Positions 39,129 through 51,700 of a DNA stretch of 64,000 nt are shown in pieces. The DNA is taken from assembly GCA_017499595.2 (NCBI GenBank), contig CM039004.1, positions 2,604,001 to 2,668,000 on the forward strand. Direction: 5' to 3'. Under the pieces are notes generated by a model. That model saw nothing but the letters and a program-made list of their open reading frames with translations, had not been told where the DNA came from and did not search any database. Position numbers and translations under genes: made by a program. Each line of letters starts with the position of its first letter. Position 1 is the stretch's first letter. This DNA comes from Psilocybe cubensis (lineage: Eukaryota).

Positions 39129-39570
39129 AATCAACGATTCTGTACAGCATTGAGGGGGGCATTAGACACGGTTTGGCATCGAGAGGACTCACCTTCATGT
39201 CGAGGCTACCTCGCCCTTCCGCCGCCGTCGTCAACAAAGTGCGAATGCGAGTGTTTGAGCACGTGGGCTGTTCTACAGGGTGCGTCTTTGATTGTACCTT
39301 GCCCTGTCGCCGCACTCACCACTGTTTTAGATTGACGTTACGCGCATGGGTCCAGTGACAGGTGGGGTGGTGTTACAAGGTCCTCGTAGCGCGTTGGTCT
39401 GACATAATCGACGTTTCTGTACAAAATTGAAGGGGCATTAGACAGCGCTCGGCATCAAGAACATGCGTCTCACCTTCATGTCGAAGCCACCCCGCCCTGC
39501 CGTAGTGCGTTCCTGTACAGAATTGAAGGCGCGTCAGAAAGAGCTCAACACTAGGGGAATGCGACTCACC
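39129..39570 (-). repeat. Degenerate tandem repeat, period about 277 bp (also at +10178)
   Basis: AATCRACGWTTCTGTACA..GGGGCATTAGACA..CTCACCTTCATGTCGA at 39129 and 39406; partial third copy near 39510. Confidence 0.75.
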
Positions 39571-42500
39571 ATTGCATCGACGCCGCTGTCGATGAAGCCG
39601 GGAGGAGGGAACGAGAGCGCAGAGCACAGAGAAGAAGAGGGGATGAGCGGATGAAGGATGCCAGCAAGGTCAGTGTCCTTTATATACCCGTGTGGTTCTA
39701 GTACTAGCGTTACTAGTACGCCTGTTACATGTCGTAAGGAGGCGGAATATACAGTTTTTTTTCTATCTCGCTTGTCGCTTGTTAGTGCGGATGTTGTTAC
39801 GCGAATGGTGGGCCAATCGTCCATCCACATTGTTTTTGAATCGCTGAGTGTTGTACATTTCCGTTTGGATGATATCCGGAGTGAATATTGATTGGATAGG
39901 TTCAGTATTGAGTGATGTGCACGCAGCGTGGTGAACTAACATGTTTGAACAGATTGACAGAACCCTCGACAAAAATCTCAAGATATACAGATGCAGATAA
40001 GCGTTGAACACTGCATCTTTAAAGCATTTGATGATGAGCATTTAACAAGCTGTCTCTCATATTCATAATTCGCTGGTACACACTTGAATTCTCAGAATAG
40101 CCCAGAGAACGGATACCGGAAATTCGTCGTATCTCAATCAAATCTCTCAAACATTTGAAAATTTCTCGACTCGGGAACTCGTACGTACTGAGAAACACCC
40201 AAATCTACGTACTCGACGCGAAATGGAGTTCTAGCACTCCCGGTGAGTGGACAATTGTCCAGGAGTTGACCCAGCAAACTCTTCTTCTGAGCAGCAACAA
40301 ATTGAACGCCGCTGCTCCAGCTAGTGGATCTGCCGTCATGAATAGCCGACGGTTCTGGAACTAGTACCGTGACGGAGCCGAAGTAAAAGAAAACGATTGG
40401 AATTGGGTGGAATGCGGATTTTGGAGAGGAGGAGGGGATCCAGTTAGACGGAGATTGGTTAGTCAGTTGAATATCTTCAGCTGGGCGGGTGCGTTTGAGG
40501 GGTGCGTTAGGGTACTGTTGGCCCCTCTGTGAGTTGAGAATAGGTATGTGATCAATGTTTAAGGTGTTATTTGCATCATATGCAAAAAGCTCATTCTCGG
40601 CGCTTAATTGATGTTGATCTTCAATGCAAAGTTGCATATTGCACACCGGGTACAACAAATCTCAAAGACATACAGACAGTCCAGGTAATAACTCTACATC
40701 TAATTTGGGCCTACTAGACATTGAAAAATACGTATTCTAGGTAAACTTGATATTTGAACAATGGGGGCATCTCGCTGATGACTCCGCACTGCAATACCCA
40801 GCTAGAGCAAAATTTCAGACCTTCTAGCCAATAATCCGGATATTATCGGCAGACTTTCACAACTACCAACGTACTCGGAGGCTCTAATGTTCGGAAAAGA
40901 GGTGGAAACAACGCAGAATGGCGCACCATGAATCCTCCAAATGCTGGGGGACCAATGTTGCTTCCCTCATTTTTCAGACCTTCTAGGTCGTATGACGGCA
41001 GCTTAGCCGAGCCAGGCAGGTCCCCGCTAGTGCCCGAGAAGACCCGTAACGAAAGGAAACGTTGGAAACAGGCTGGAATTGCGAATTGGGGGAGCGGGAG
41101 GATGTGTACATGTACGTGAGTCCAAATTTTTGATAATTTTTTGTAGTTGCTGACTTGGGATGAATAATGTGAGTGTTACTGGGCGTACTTTACCATCTAG
41201 TAGTACAGGGGCTACTGTCAATTGCCTTTGAATTTCGGTATTCCCTCATTTCTCTCCGAGTTTGTTTAAAGTGCGTTCGGGCGCTTAAGACATTTTGACA
41301 TTTCCAAGTTTGCTCGACGTCACAGAACTCAAATAAAACGTTGCACCAAGTGTAGTATATTTAAATACACACCCCTAGTAATTCGGATTCACCATAGAAG
41401 TTCCCAGTCCATGTAAATGCGCAGTATACGCGGGTACACGGCTCGGCGCGAACATGTAAGAATTTCGACCATTTTCTCGCGACCACGCACCACCAACTCT
41501 TCAACCAGACATCACAGCACACAGGCGTGTATACTAATTCCCCTTAAGAGCCGGAAACGCAAAAAATGGCAGAGGTATGTATGCCACGTCGTTGCTACGA
41601 GCCTGCAATATCTGCAATCGAGTACGTCTTACGGCGGCCTTCTGGGCTCTGGAGCACCGAGTTACAACGTGATTCGCTAGCCGAGGAGTTCTATACAGGT
41701 CTATATTAAGATACGGGAAGATTGAACCGACGTAAATCGATGAATTGGGGGAGGTGGAGGGTGTTATTCGTTTGAATATTAAACTGTTTGCTTCTTTCTC
41801 TATTCAATTTCTGTCATTCCTGAGTAGAATTTCTGTCCTTGTACACTATAATATATGCATGAATGCTAAGTATTCTGCTGTGAATTCTGAAATGCTAGAA
41901 AACAGAGGTTTACGGGTCGTATACTGTTTTTACATCTCATTTTGCTTCGAATTAAACTTGATTCTTGAAATGCCGAATGTATTGATTAATTTTGTTTACT
42001 ATCTACACTCCGTATAAGCTTGAAAGGCTCTTATGAACGCCGCAAAACTCCGAATACGTATGCCACGTCATTATATCTCTTACAATTTCACTCGCAAAAT
42101 ATAGCAGTTTTGACCTTGTGATGGCTCTGAACAGCCGATGCACTAGTGTTATTGGATTTATGCATGCGATTGACTTGAGTTGGGCTCGCAATGTGCACAC
42201 AAATGTACAACGGGGGTCGGGGAGCTCGTATATGTAATGTTTGATTGCCTGTTTCCGGGACAAAAATGTATGAGCGGGCCTTGACTAGCGTGTTTCCGAG
42301 CGCGTAAATCTCATATCTAGACAGATAAACGCCACAGTTATCTTCTCAGAGCCTGAAATGTGACCTATTGCGCTCGTTAAACCTGGTTCTGGCTGATATA
42401 ACTTGACCCTTTGAGTGGATTCATCTACTGTGAACTCGGGTAAACAAACATAGGGCGCTTATTTAAATTATCCTAGAAAACACTACTGTCTGCAAGGTCT

Positions 42501-43541
42501 GATTAGCAGGTGCAATACTATTCAAACGACACTGTAGAATGACCTGGAAAGCACTTACGTAAAAGCGGGCCTGAATGTCAGATTAAGATTAGTTGACAAT
42601 CGCGATTGGGATGCAAAAGTAAATCGGGTGCGAGTCCGACTATCCCTAATGCGGATTCCTAGGAAGCAGCGGCGCTTATTGGATGTTACAGCATCTTTTT
42701 CTGTAGCATTTCGTCATTAAGTTAGTTGTGGCCATGGCCATTCAGCAGCCCTAAGACGCGTCTGACGCGTCGCGTCGCGTTCAGGTGACTTGAAACCTGG
42801 TTATTTTAGGAATACACGTTTCGCGTTCGTGTCGTGCCAGCGGGTGTTTTATTTTGAGTCCACCTAGCTGAGGCGGTTTGGGCCCGTATGAACGTAATGA
42901 TGACTGAACGTTGTGAGGCAACGTTCAACAAAACCACGGAGTTCTACACGAATGTGGATGTCCGGGTCTACAGTGTTACACCCAGCGGATGCTACATGTT
43001 GGATTGCGTACAAGTCTTGGAGTTCAGAAGCTAATACTCGGTCATGGAGTAAAAGGGGTGTTGTAATTTTGTTTGCTAAATCTACATGATTTTGGATACT
43101 AGGATGCGGATGTACTATACTTTTTCCAATGTATTGCATACTCCAATGAATAGAATCCAAGATTGAATGCAGAAAAGTGTGCCAAAGAAAAGCGGAATTG
43201 CACATAGCCAAGAACTCCTAAGAAAAGAGTTATGGCATTTCAATAGAGAAAATTTACTTGCCTCGTAATCTTCGGAAACGAAGTGCAGTGAAGCGAGGCT
43301 AGTGGAATTGATGAAGCTAAAGAAAATGGCCTGAGGTGCCAATTAAAATGCAATGCGACCCTTGGAAAAAAGGTATAAAGAGGGACTCACATTTCATTGA
43401 CTCCAGCTATGCGTTATGCCCTAATGCTGGGGGCATGCCATTCCATTATTTCTTCGTTGTCGAGACTCGCCCCTATCTTGTGTTTGGCCATACCAAACAT
43501 GATGTTGCGGCACGCGTCTTGACCTTGATCTATGACCATGC

Positions 43542-44794
43542 GTAAGTCTTTCATCTTTTCACAAGGCTTTCAGAGTACTGACATCACGTTGCAGTCTTCG
43601 ATTTAAGATTCAAACGTCCCGGGAACGCTATTAAGAAGATAATTAGGTATGTGACTTGACATGTAGTTTATCCCGTGTACTGACTGTGTATTAGATGGCA
43701 TATGGAAGCCATACGTCGATACCTAGGGAGGATAGAAGGTAAGTTTAATACCTTTCAGAGTTCTGTGTGTGATCTAACCTTGTTTATGTAGCCAGGATGC
43801 TCCGACGCTATATATCGCTTTCCGGCGACCGCCCTCACATTGGAATACATGTAGACAGCTAGGGGTCAGGTTGATCATGGTAAGTACATTACTTTTGTGG
43901 GTTCTGGATATGATCTGACCTTGATTTTGTCGATCAGACTGCCCCAAGATGATGTATCGTGTTCCCGCGACCTGCTGTTGCACCTCGAGACGATGTATGG
44001 AGGCCCCGCGATCCGACATTCAAACGACTCCATGTTTTGCCAGCGAGTCCCACCCCTACGCGATAGACCTGGTAAGTTTATAATCTTTCAGGGTGTTGGA
44101 CCTTTTTTGACCGTGTTTTTTGTAGCCAAATGCTCCGACACGACATATCAGTTTCCCGCAACCTTCACACGTTTGGGTATGCATTGATGGTTAGGCCTGT
44201 ATTAAGCCTAGGTTATGGTAAGTACCCTATTTGGGATGTGTTCTGACGTTGTTTTTGTAGCTCAGAATGCTGCGACACCATGTATCGCGTTCCCGCAAGC
44301 TACCCATCATTCCGGCGCCTTTGTCATTCCATCCAACACGATACAACGAGCCCCGTCAGCATGCAACGTTACGCACCCGCACCAACTTCCACGACCAGCC
44401 TGTTTTCATCAAGTACGTCTCTCGGCCACATACGCATTTCGCCCCAACACAACATGTCACCGTCCGGCGAGCTGGCACGTTGCTCCGATGCAACGTACAG
44501 ACATCCGGCGAGCTAGAGAGACAGGAAGGACCTTCCCCGCCAGGTGCAGACACCGTGTCGTATGTCCTGGTGACCTTTGCGTTGCCACGGTGTTGTACGC
44601 GTTAACACGTCATTGGACTTGTAAGCAATAACCATCTTTCCTGTGGTTAACAATGACTGACCAGCCTGTTTCCATCAAGTATCCGCACCAGCCAGTCTCG
44701 CAGCCACGCCCCAACACAACGTATTACCAAACGTTGGAGAGACTTGGGTAACTTGTAAGCAATCCCCGTCTTTCCATGGTTAACAATGACTGAC
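43542..44794 (+). other. Multi-intron repeat-built transcript or pseudogene with no long spliced ORF found (also 53720-54972)
   Basis: Six canonical introns (43542-43594, 43647-43694, 43739-43791, 43880-43937, 44072-44125, 44218-44260/65); exons begin with related TGCTCCGAC..TATCG..CCCGCRA motifs. Confidence 0.55.
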
Positions 44795-45106
44795 TTGTTG
44801 CCTTTAGCAGGACTGACTTTGATTTGAAACTTGGGATCAGGTATGTTTCTTGGAGTAGATAGACCGGTTACGCCCCTGCTTGGCCTTTGGGCGGGGCTAA
44901 CCTCTGCTCGTACAATAAATTGAAGGTGTTGTGTTGCATGGACTACGCTCTTTTTTCGTGCTATAATTAGATCTCGACATTTTACCGACCCAAAACACAC
45001 CAGAAAAAATCTCAAGCGAGCATCAAGTACGCAATTCACAGATGAGGACTCTCAAAGACTTCCTCTTTTAAAATGCTCCCTGATCCAGTCAATGCATAGA
45101 GCCCGA

Positions 45107-46000
45107 TCAGGTAATTGGACGAGCTTGATCCCGACCTGTAATGATGTCTGCGGCGTAGTAGGCAGGTCCCGTGTATTCGGATAAATGTGGGCAGGCTGTG
45201 ATAGAGAGATGCGCCTCTGGCGAGGGTCTTTCAAAAGCCACCTCGTCGATTGCGGTAAATTCGATACAGAGTTCCTGTAGGAGAGGGCACTGCTCCAAAG
45301 CGGAGTAGAGCTCGCGGTAGTGTCCTTTACCGGCAGAGATATTCAAGTTGGTCAGGGTGGGACAAACTCCAATCATGAGCTCAACGCGGAAGGTTGGGTT
45401 GGCCTCTTGTTGTAGATATCCCGTTAAATGGTCGAAGCAACGCAAGCACTTCGTGGTAATGGAAACAATGCAGTTGATGAACCGCAGTAATTCCAGGTTG
45501 TCCAAAGTGTTCAAAGCTGTAACAGTCTCATCGTCAATGACAACGTTTGCCATAATGAGGCTCGTCAATCCGATGTAGAGCGGAAGGCTTGCTCTGAACA
45601 ATGGCCACATCGCGTCAGCATACGTTCGCAAAAAAATTTTCTTTGCGCTCTCCTTGTTGACCAAATCAGGGGTAGTAGGCTGGGGCAAATATCCTATATA
45701 GTTCCAAAAGCGGACATGGCGCGCCAGAGGGCTCAATGGGAGCTCGGTAAACCTTCGGCGAGATAGTTCTTGCATTTCAATCACGGAGCTTGGGTATTGA
45801 TGAGGTTCGACCTTGCTAAAATCAAAACGGTCTATCATGTTGTATGCTCTAAACATCAGACTTCGGAATAGAACAGGTCGAGCACTGTCCCGGATGTGCC
45901 GTGGCATTTCAGGAGAGCAAAGGGCGCGGACTTCATCAGGTGAGTAGCACTCGTCCGCAATCTTCGTCCATAGTTCGGCCGCGAGTTGATCCCACCCCAT
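45107..46000 (-). pseudogene. 3'-truncated copy of the F-box-like gene
   Basis: Identical to the 35822 gene up to ITGR, then frameshifted by an 11-nt deletion; homology ends at 45043. Confidence 0.85.
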
Positions 46001-47158
46001 TTGCGCAGGAGGTTATCCAGAAGTGAAATAGACCCACGATGAAATGGATGGGTTGAAAATAACATAGTGCCACCTTAAATAGGGTCATATTGACAAAGGC
46101 GTTACCATGGAGCAGATCTGTAGACCAATGTAATTGTTAACAAAGGACAAAAGACATGACGATTACTACCGAGATCTAATGCACCAAAAGGCTTCCTGAC
46201 AATAGGCTAGCTAACTGCTACCACTCTGGTACTACCCACGGGGACACAGACAAAAAAACTACAACACAATTCAACGACGTAAAATTAAAACAAAGTCGTG
46301 TGATAAGATATAAGGCGAGTAAGGGCGGGTCCGAATCACGTCGTTTGGCATAATACCTTGAAGCTATACCTTTAACTAGTCAAAGTGTGCAAGCCAGAAA
46401 ATACGCCTTTACTCTGGCATTTCGAGTGGGTGTAAGTGTGTTAACATACATCAGGTTAAGCAAATTTTTAGTAGATTAAGAACATACACCCCTGATAAAT
46501 AGCTACAGGAATGTACAAGGATGACTATGCATAATGTCCGGCTCTAGGCGGGCGACTGGCAATCAAGTCGATAAAGGCCTGCCCCATATTTAATTCTTTT
46601 TTCCAGCTCATGAGTCCTGCAGTAATATGGCATACATCATATCATTCCCTGCTCCTTCACTGAGATATCTCAGAATCCGTTTCGTTGTTGGCATCAGCGA
46701 TTTTATGACCCAAACTGTCGAGGAGCTACAAAAGGTTGGCAACACCTCAGACTATCGTGTCCAGCATCTCAGCCTTAATATATGTACAGCTGATGTGGCA
46801 CCTACCCTTGATTTCCGCCTTATTCAAAGCATTTTCGGTGATCTTAACAAGTGGCCTGCCTTGGAAAGATTTTCATTTTGATCTCTCTCAATGAAGATTG
46901 GGATACAAATTTGCGACTTTGACCTGAGGGACAGAAAATTTCGATTCTTTCACTAATTTATTGTTAGAAGATGATAAAATTTGTGGCAGGTTGGAAACTA
47001 TGTACGTAGAAGCCTCGCGTTAAAGTCGGGTAGATATTTATTTCCAGCTCCAGTCAGGCTGAGACCAAGAAACAGATAGTCGTAGAGAGTCAAAAATCGG
47101 GATAAGACAGCCAGAAAGTCCCGAGTCAGTTTCCCATTAGTACATCTATAAATGAGAG

Positions 47159-48217
47159 TCAAGACTTTGGTGTACATGTGGTATAGCTCCGCCGATGATA
47201 CACCAGAGGCAGTGGCCGTTCTTCAGCTTCAGCTTCAGCCTCTGCATCCACCACACCCTCTCCCTGCACCGGTTCCACCCTCACCACCCGCGCAATAAAC
47301 AACTCCGATGCAACCTCGCCTTTCTCGCTCCTTAGCGGCGGCATAACCGCCTCTCCTTTTCGCTGCCTTTGCTCCAGGTGATTCAAGTCGTATAGGGGTA
47401 TTGGCCTACCTACGAGGCTGCACGACAGCGCGCCTACAGAACCATCTATAACGGGAAGTCCATCGGCGCTGAGCGTATACCGCGTCAGCTTTGATCTCCC
47501 GCTATTACTGAAAGGCGTGGGGTGTAAATCCGGCCTCGAGAACGTAAACGCCGTCTGCGCCTGCGACGCCGCGAGAAGGTTGATTACCATATGCGCGCGT
47601 TCTTCTTCTCCTTCTCCGGAGGATTCTTGAGCTTCTGCCATAGCCGTCAGCGCACTGGCCATACGTGACGGAATACGCAGCGCGAACGCTACGAGCGGGT
47701 ATGGGTCCATTGCAATCGATGTGAACGACGAGAGCGTCGCACCGTGGTACTCTGGAAGCACCGCGCTGCGCAATGATAGCTCTGGATCGTCATCAGATGC
47801 GGAACGCGAGGAGGAGAGGGAAGGGGATTTGATAGATGTTACGACTGCCACGGGCTGTGCGACGTCCCGCAGGAGCGCGCACACGTCGGCTTTGAGCTGC
47901 TTCTGTTTCTGTTTCTGCGTTGCAAATGTTTGCCTGTTATCGAGGTCTACGGGGGTTGATGTCGAAGTGGAGGCGGAAGAACCCTTGGAAGTTGAAGAAA
48001 AGGCGTATTTAGATGTGGAATCTGCAGCTGCAGCTGCATTTGTATACCTCCTTCTCTGCACTGAACGCGCCTTTGCTGTGCACCCAACACCCTGCCCATC
48101 CCTACAACCACTCCCGCTTGAAACCGCGAAGGACGTTGAAAATTAAAGAGAACCGTTTGCACTGGCGGTGCTAATAAGCCTCTGTATGCATGCATGAGAT
48201 TTAGCCACTGCAAACAT
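47159..48217 (-). pseudogene. Flavin-reductase-like pseudogene, second copy
   Basis: Same as 36981-38039 at +10178. Confidence 0.85.
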
Positions 48218-48261
48218 GGAGAAAATTCTTGGGCGCCCCTCCATCCCAAGTCGCTGTAGTA

Positions 48262-48733
48262 CTCCAGCACCAGCACCATACCCCTCCGTTGTTATCATCC
48301 TCAACCTTGTCCTCGCTCATCACAACGGCCCCTGTCCATCCCTGCTCGATCAGCGGTCAGTTATCGCCCTTCAAAACGCGATGCCTCTTACCTTGTCTTC
48401 CACCTCGGTGCGCCCCTCCCCATCCTCACGACCTCTCCGCCCCTCGCACTCGTACTCCCGCGCGCCAATCACAGACACATACGCGTACTAGTACGCTTTG
48501 CCCGCCACACTGTGACTATATGCTTCTTCCTCCCTTTCCCTCCTGTCTCTGACCTCCCTCCTTCTACAAGGTATGATAAACAAAAATCAGAACACAGGAA
48601 AGAAAATATATATACTCACACTCAACCCAACCAGTGCCGCGCTCACAGCGGTCGGCACAATCGAGCCGCGGGCGGTTCATTGTCAGTGGCGGCGGCGGTG
48701 TTATCTGTAGTTGGGAGCACGGTGGTAGGGGAG
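48262..48733 (-). pseudogene. Inverted deleted fragment of the 59453-62170 gene, second copy
   Basis: Same as 38084-38555 at +10178. Confidence 0.85.
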
Positions 48734-51700
48734 GCGTTAATGCGTGGTGCAGGCCGCTAGTTCCGTCGTGGCGGACAATGGGGATGGGCGTGGCTCAACG
48801 ACGACTCGACTGATGCTGCATCACGCCCATGCGCTTCCCCTCCTCTTTGTCCATGGCGACTGCGGCCCATTCTACATCGCGCTGTTCGACAACTCACACG
48901 TATGCTTCTATGCGGCCAGCCATACGAGCGGCTGACGGTATGTCCGTTAGCACAGTATCATAACACTGCTGCTTTACTCACTGTCTCTCGTTACTTTTAT
49001 GCAGTAGGACCCAGGCGTATTGGGCATTGCAAAATGGGGCCCACCAAGACGTTGCACTCTTTTGGACGTGGGGAGGACGAGGTGAGTCCTCAACGTGCTG
49101 CCTATCGTGTTTGCTCTGCTGAACAACTCTCAGCGTGTGTCAGACACAGCTCGTCATCGCGGAAATGCTACTCACCGTCGCGTCGAAATTACCCCGCCCT
49201 ACCGCCACACTCACCACGCCGTTGTACTCTTTTGGACCGACGGTACGCGCATGGGTCTAGGTATAGCTGGGGTGGTGCGTACTCACAACATGCTATGGTC
49301 TAATATAATCAACGATTCTGTACAGCATTGAGGGGGGCATTAGACACGGTTTGGCATCGAGAGGACTCACCTTCATGTCGAGGCTACCTCGCCCTTCCGC
49401 CGCCGTCGTCAACAAAGTGCGAATGCGAGTGTTTGAGCACGTGGGCTGTTCTACAGGGTGCGTCTTTGATTGTACCTTGCCCTGTCGCCGCACTCACCAC
49501 TGTTTTAGATTGACGTTACGCGCATGGGTCCAGTGACAGGTGGGGTGGTGTTACAAGGTCCTCGTAGCGCGTTGGTCTGACATAATCGACGTTTCTGTAC
49601 AAAATTGAAGGGGCATTAGACAGCGCTCGGCATCAAGAACATGCGTCTCACCTTCATGTCGAAGCCACCCCGCCCTGCCGTAGTGCGTTCCTGTACAGAA
49701 TTGAAGGCGCGTCAGAAAGAGCTCAACACTAGGGGAATGCGACTCACCATTGCATCGACGCCGCTGTCGATGAAGCCGGGAGGAGGGAACGAGAGCGCAG
49801 AGCACAGAGAAGAAGAGGGGATGAGCGGATGAAGGATGCCAGCAAGGTCAGTGTCCTTTATATACCCGTGTGGTTCTAGTACTAGCGTTACTAGTACGCC
49901 TGTTACATGTCGTAAGGAGGCGGAATATACAGTTTTTTTTCTATCTCGCTTGTCGCTTGTTAGTGCGGATGTTGTTACGCGAATGGTGGGCCAATCGTCC
50001 ATCCACATTGTTTTTGAATCGCTGAGTGTTGTACATTTCCGTTTGGATGATATCCGGAGTGAATATTGATTGGATAGGTTCAGTATTGAGTGATGTGCAC
50101 GCAGCGTGGTGAACTAACATGTTTGAACAGATTGACAGAACCCTCGACAAAAATCTCAAGATATACAGATGCAGATAAGCGTTGAACACTGCATCTTTAA
50201 AGCATTTGATGATGAGCATTTAACAAGCTGTCTCTCATATTCATAATTCGCTGGTACACACTTGAATTCTCAGAATAGCCCAGAGAACGGATACCGGAAA
50301 TTCGTCGTATCTCAATCAAATCTCTCAAACATTTGAAAATTTCTCGACTCGGGAACTCGTACGTACTGAGAAACACCCAAATCTACGTACTCGACGCGAA
50401 ATGGAGTTCTAGCACTCCCGGTGAGTGGACAATTGTCCAGGAGTTGACCCAGCAAACTCTTCTTCTGAGCAGCAACAAATTGAACGCCGCTGCTCCAGCT
50501 AGTGGATCTGCCGTCATGAATAGCCGACGGTTCTGGAACTAGTACCGTGACGGAGCCGAAGTAAAAGAAAACGATTGGAATTGGGTGGAATGCGGATTTT
50601 GGAGAGGAGGAGGGGATCCAGTTAGACGGAGATTGGTTAGTCAGTTGAATATCTTCAGCTGGGCGGGTGCGTTTGAGGGGTGCGTTAGGGTACTGTTGGC
50701 CCCTCTGTGAGTTGAGAATAGGTATGTGATCAATGTTTAAGGTGTTATTTGCATCATATGCAAAAAGCTCATTCTCGGCGCTTAATTGATGTTGATCTTC
50801 AATGCAAAGTTGCATATTGCACACCGGGTACAACAAATCTCAAAGACATACAGACAGTCCAGGTAATAACTCTACATCTAATTTGGGCCTACTAGACATT
50901 GAAAAATACGTATTCTAGGTAAACTTGATATTTGAACAATGGGGGCATCTCGCTGATGACTCCGCACTGCAATACCCAGCTAGAGCAAAATTTCAGACCT
51001 TCTAGCCAATAATCCGGATATTATCGGCAGACTTTCACAACTACCAACGTACTCGGAGGCTCTAATGTTCGGAAAAGAGGTGGAAACAACGCAGAATGGC
51101 GCACCATGAATCCTCCAAATGCTGGGGGACCAATGTTGCTTCCCTCATTTTTCAGACCTTCTAGGTCGTATGACGGCAGCTTAGCCGAGCCAGGCAGGTC
51201 CCCGCTAGTGCCCGAGAAGACCCGTAACGAAAGGAAACGTTGGAAACAGGCTGGAATTGCGAATTGGGGGAGCGGGAGGATGTGTACATGTACGTGAGTC
51301 CAAATTTTTGATAATTTTTTGTAGTTGCTGACTTGGGATGAATAATGTGAGTGTTACTGGGCGTACTTTACCATCTAGTAGTACAGGGGCTACTGTCAAT
51401 TGCCTTTGAATTTCGGTATTCCCTCATTTCTCTCCGAGTTTGTTTAAAGTGCGTTCGGGCGCTTAAGACATTTTGACATTTCCAAGTTTGCTCGACGTCA
51501 CAGAACTCAAATAAAACGTTGCACCAAGTGTAGTATATTTAAATACACACCCCTAGTAATTCGGATTCACCATAGAAGTTCCCAGTCCATGTAAATGCGC
51601 AGTATACGCGGGTACACGGCTCGGCGCGAACATGTAAGAATTTCGACCATTTTCTCGCGACCACGCACCACCAACTCTTCAACCAGACATCACAGCACAC

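Noticed and set aside
40134-40658. 174-aa minus-strand ORF in the repeat unit
   Set aside because: Non-ATG start, no recognisable motif, flanking frames interrupted; possibly a gene remnant but not supportable.
42755-42781. Cluster of ACGCGT/CGCG palindromes
   Set aside because: Common fungal promoter-type motif; no further structure.
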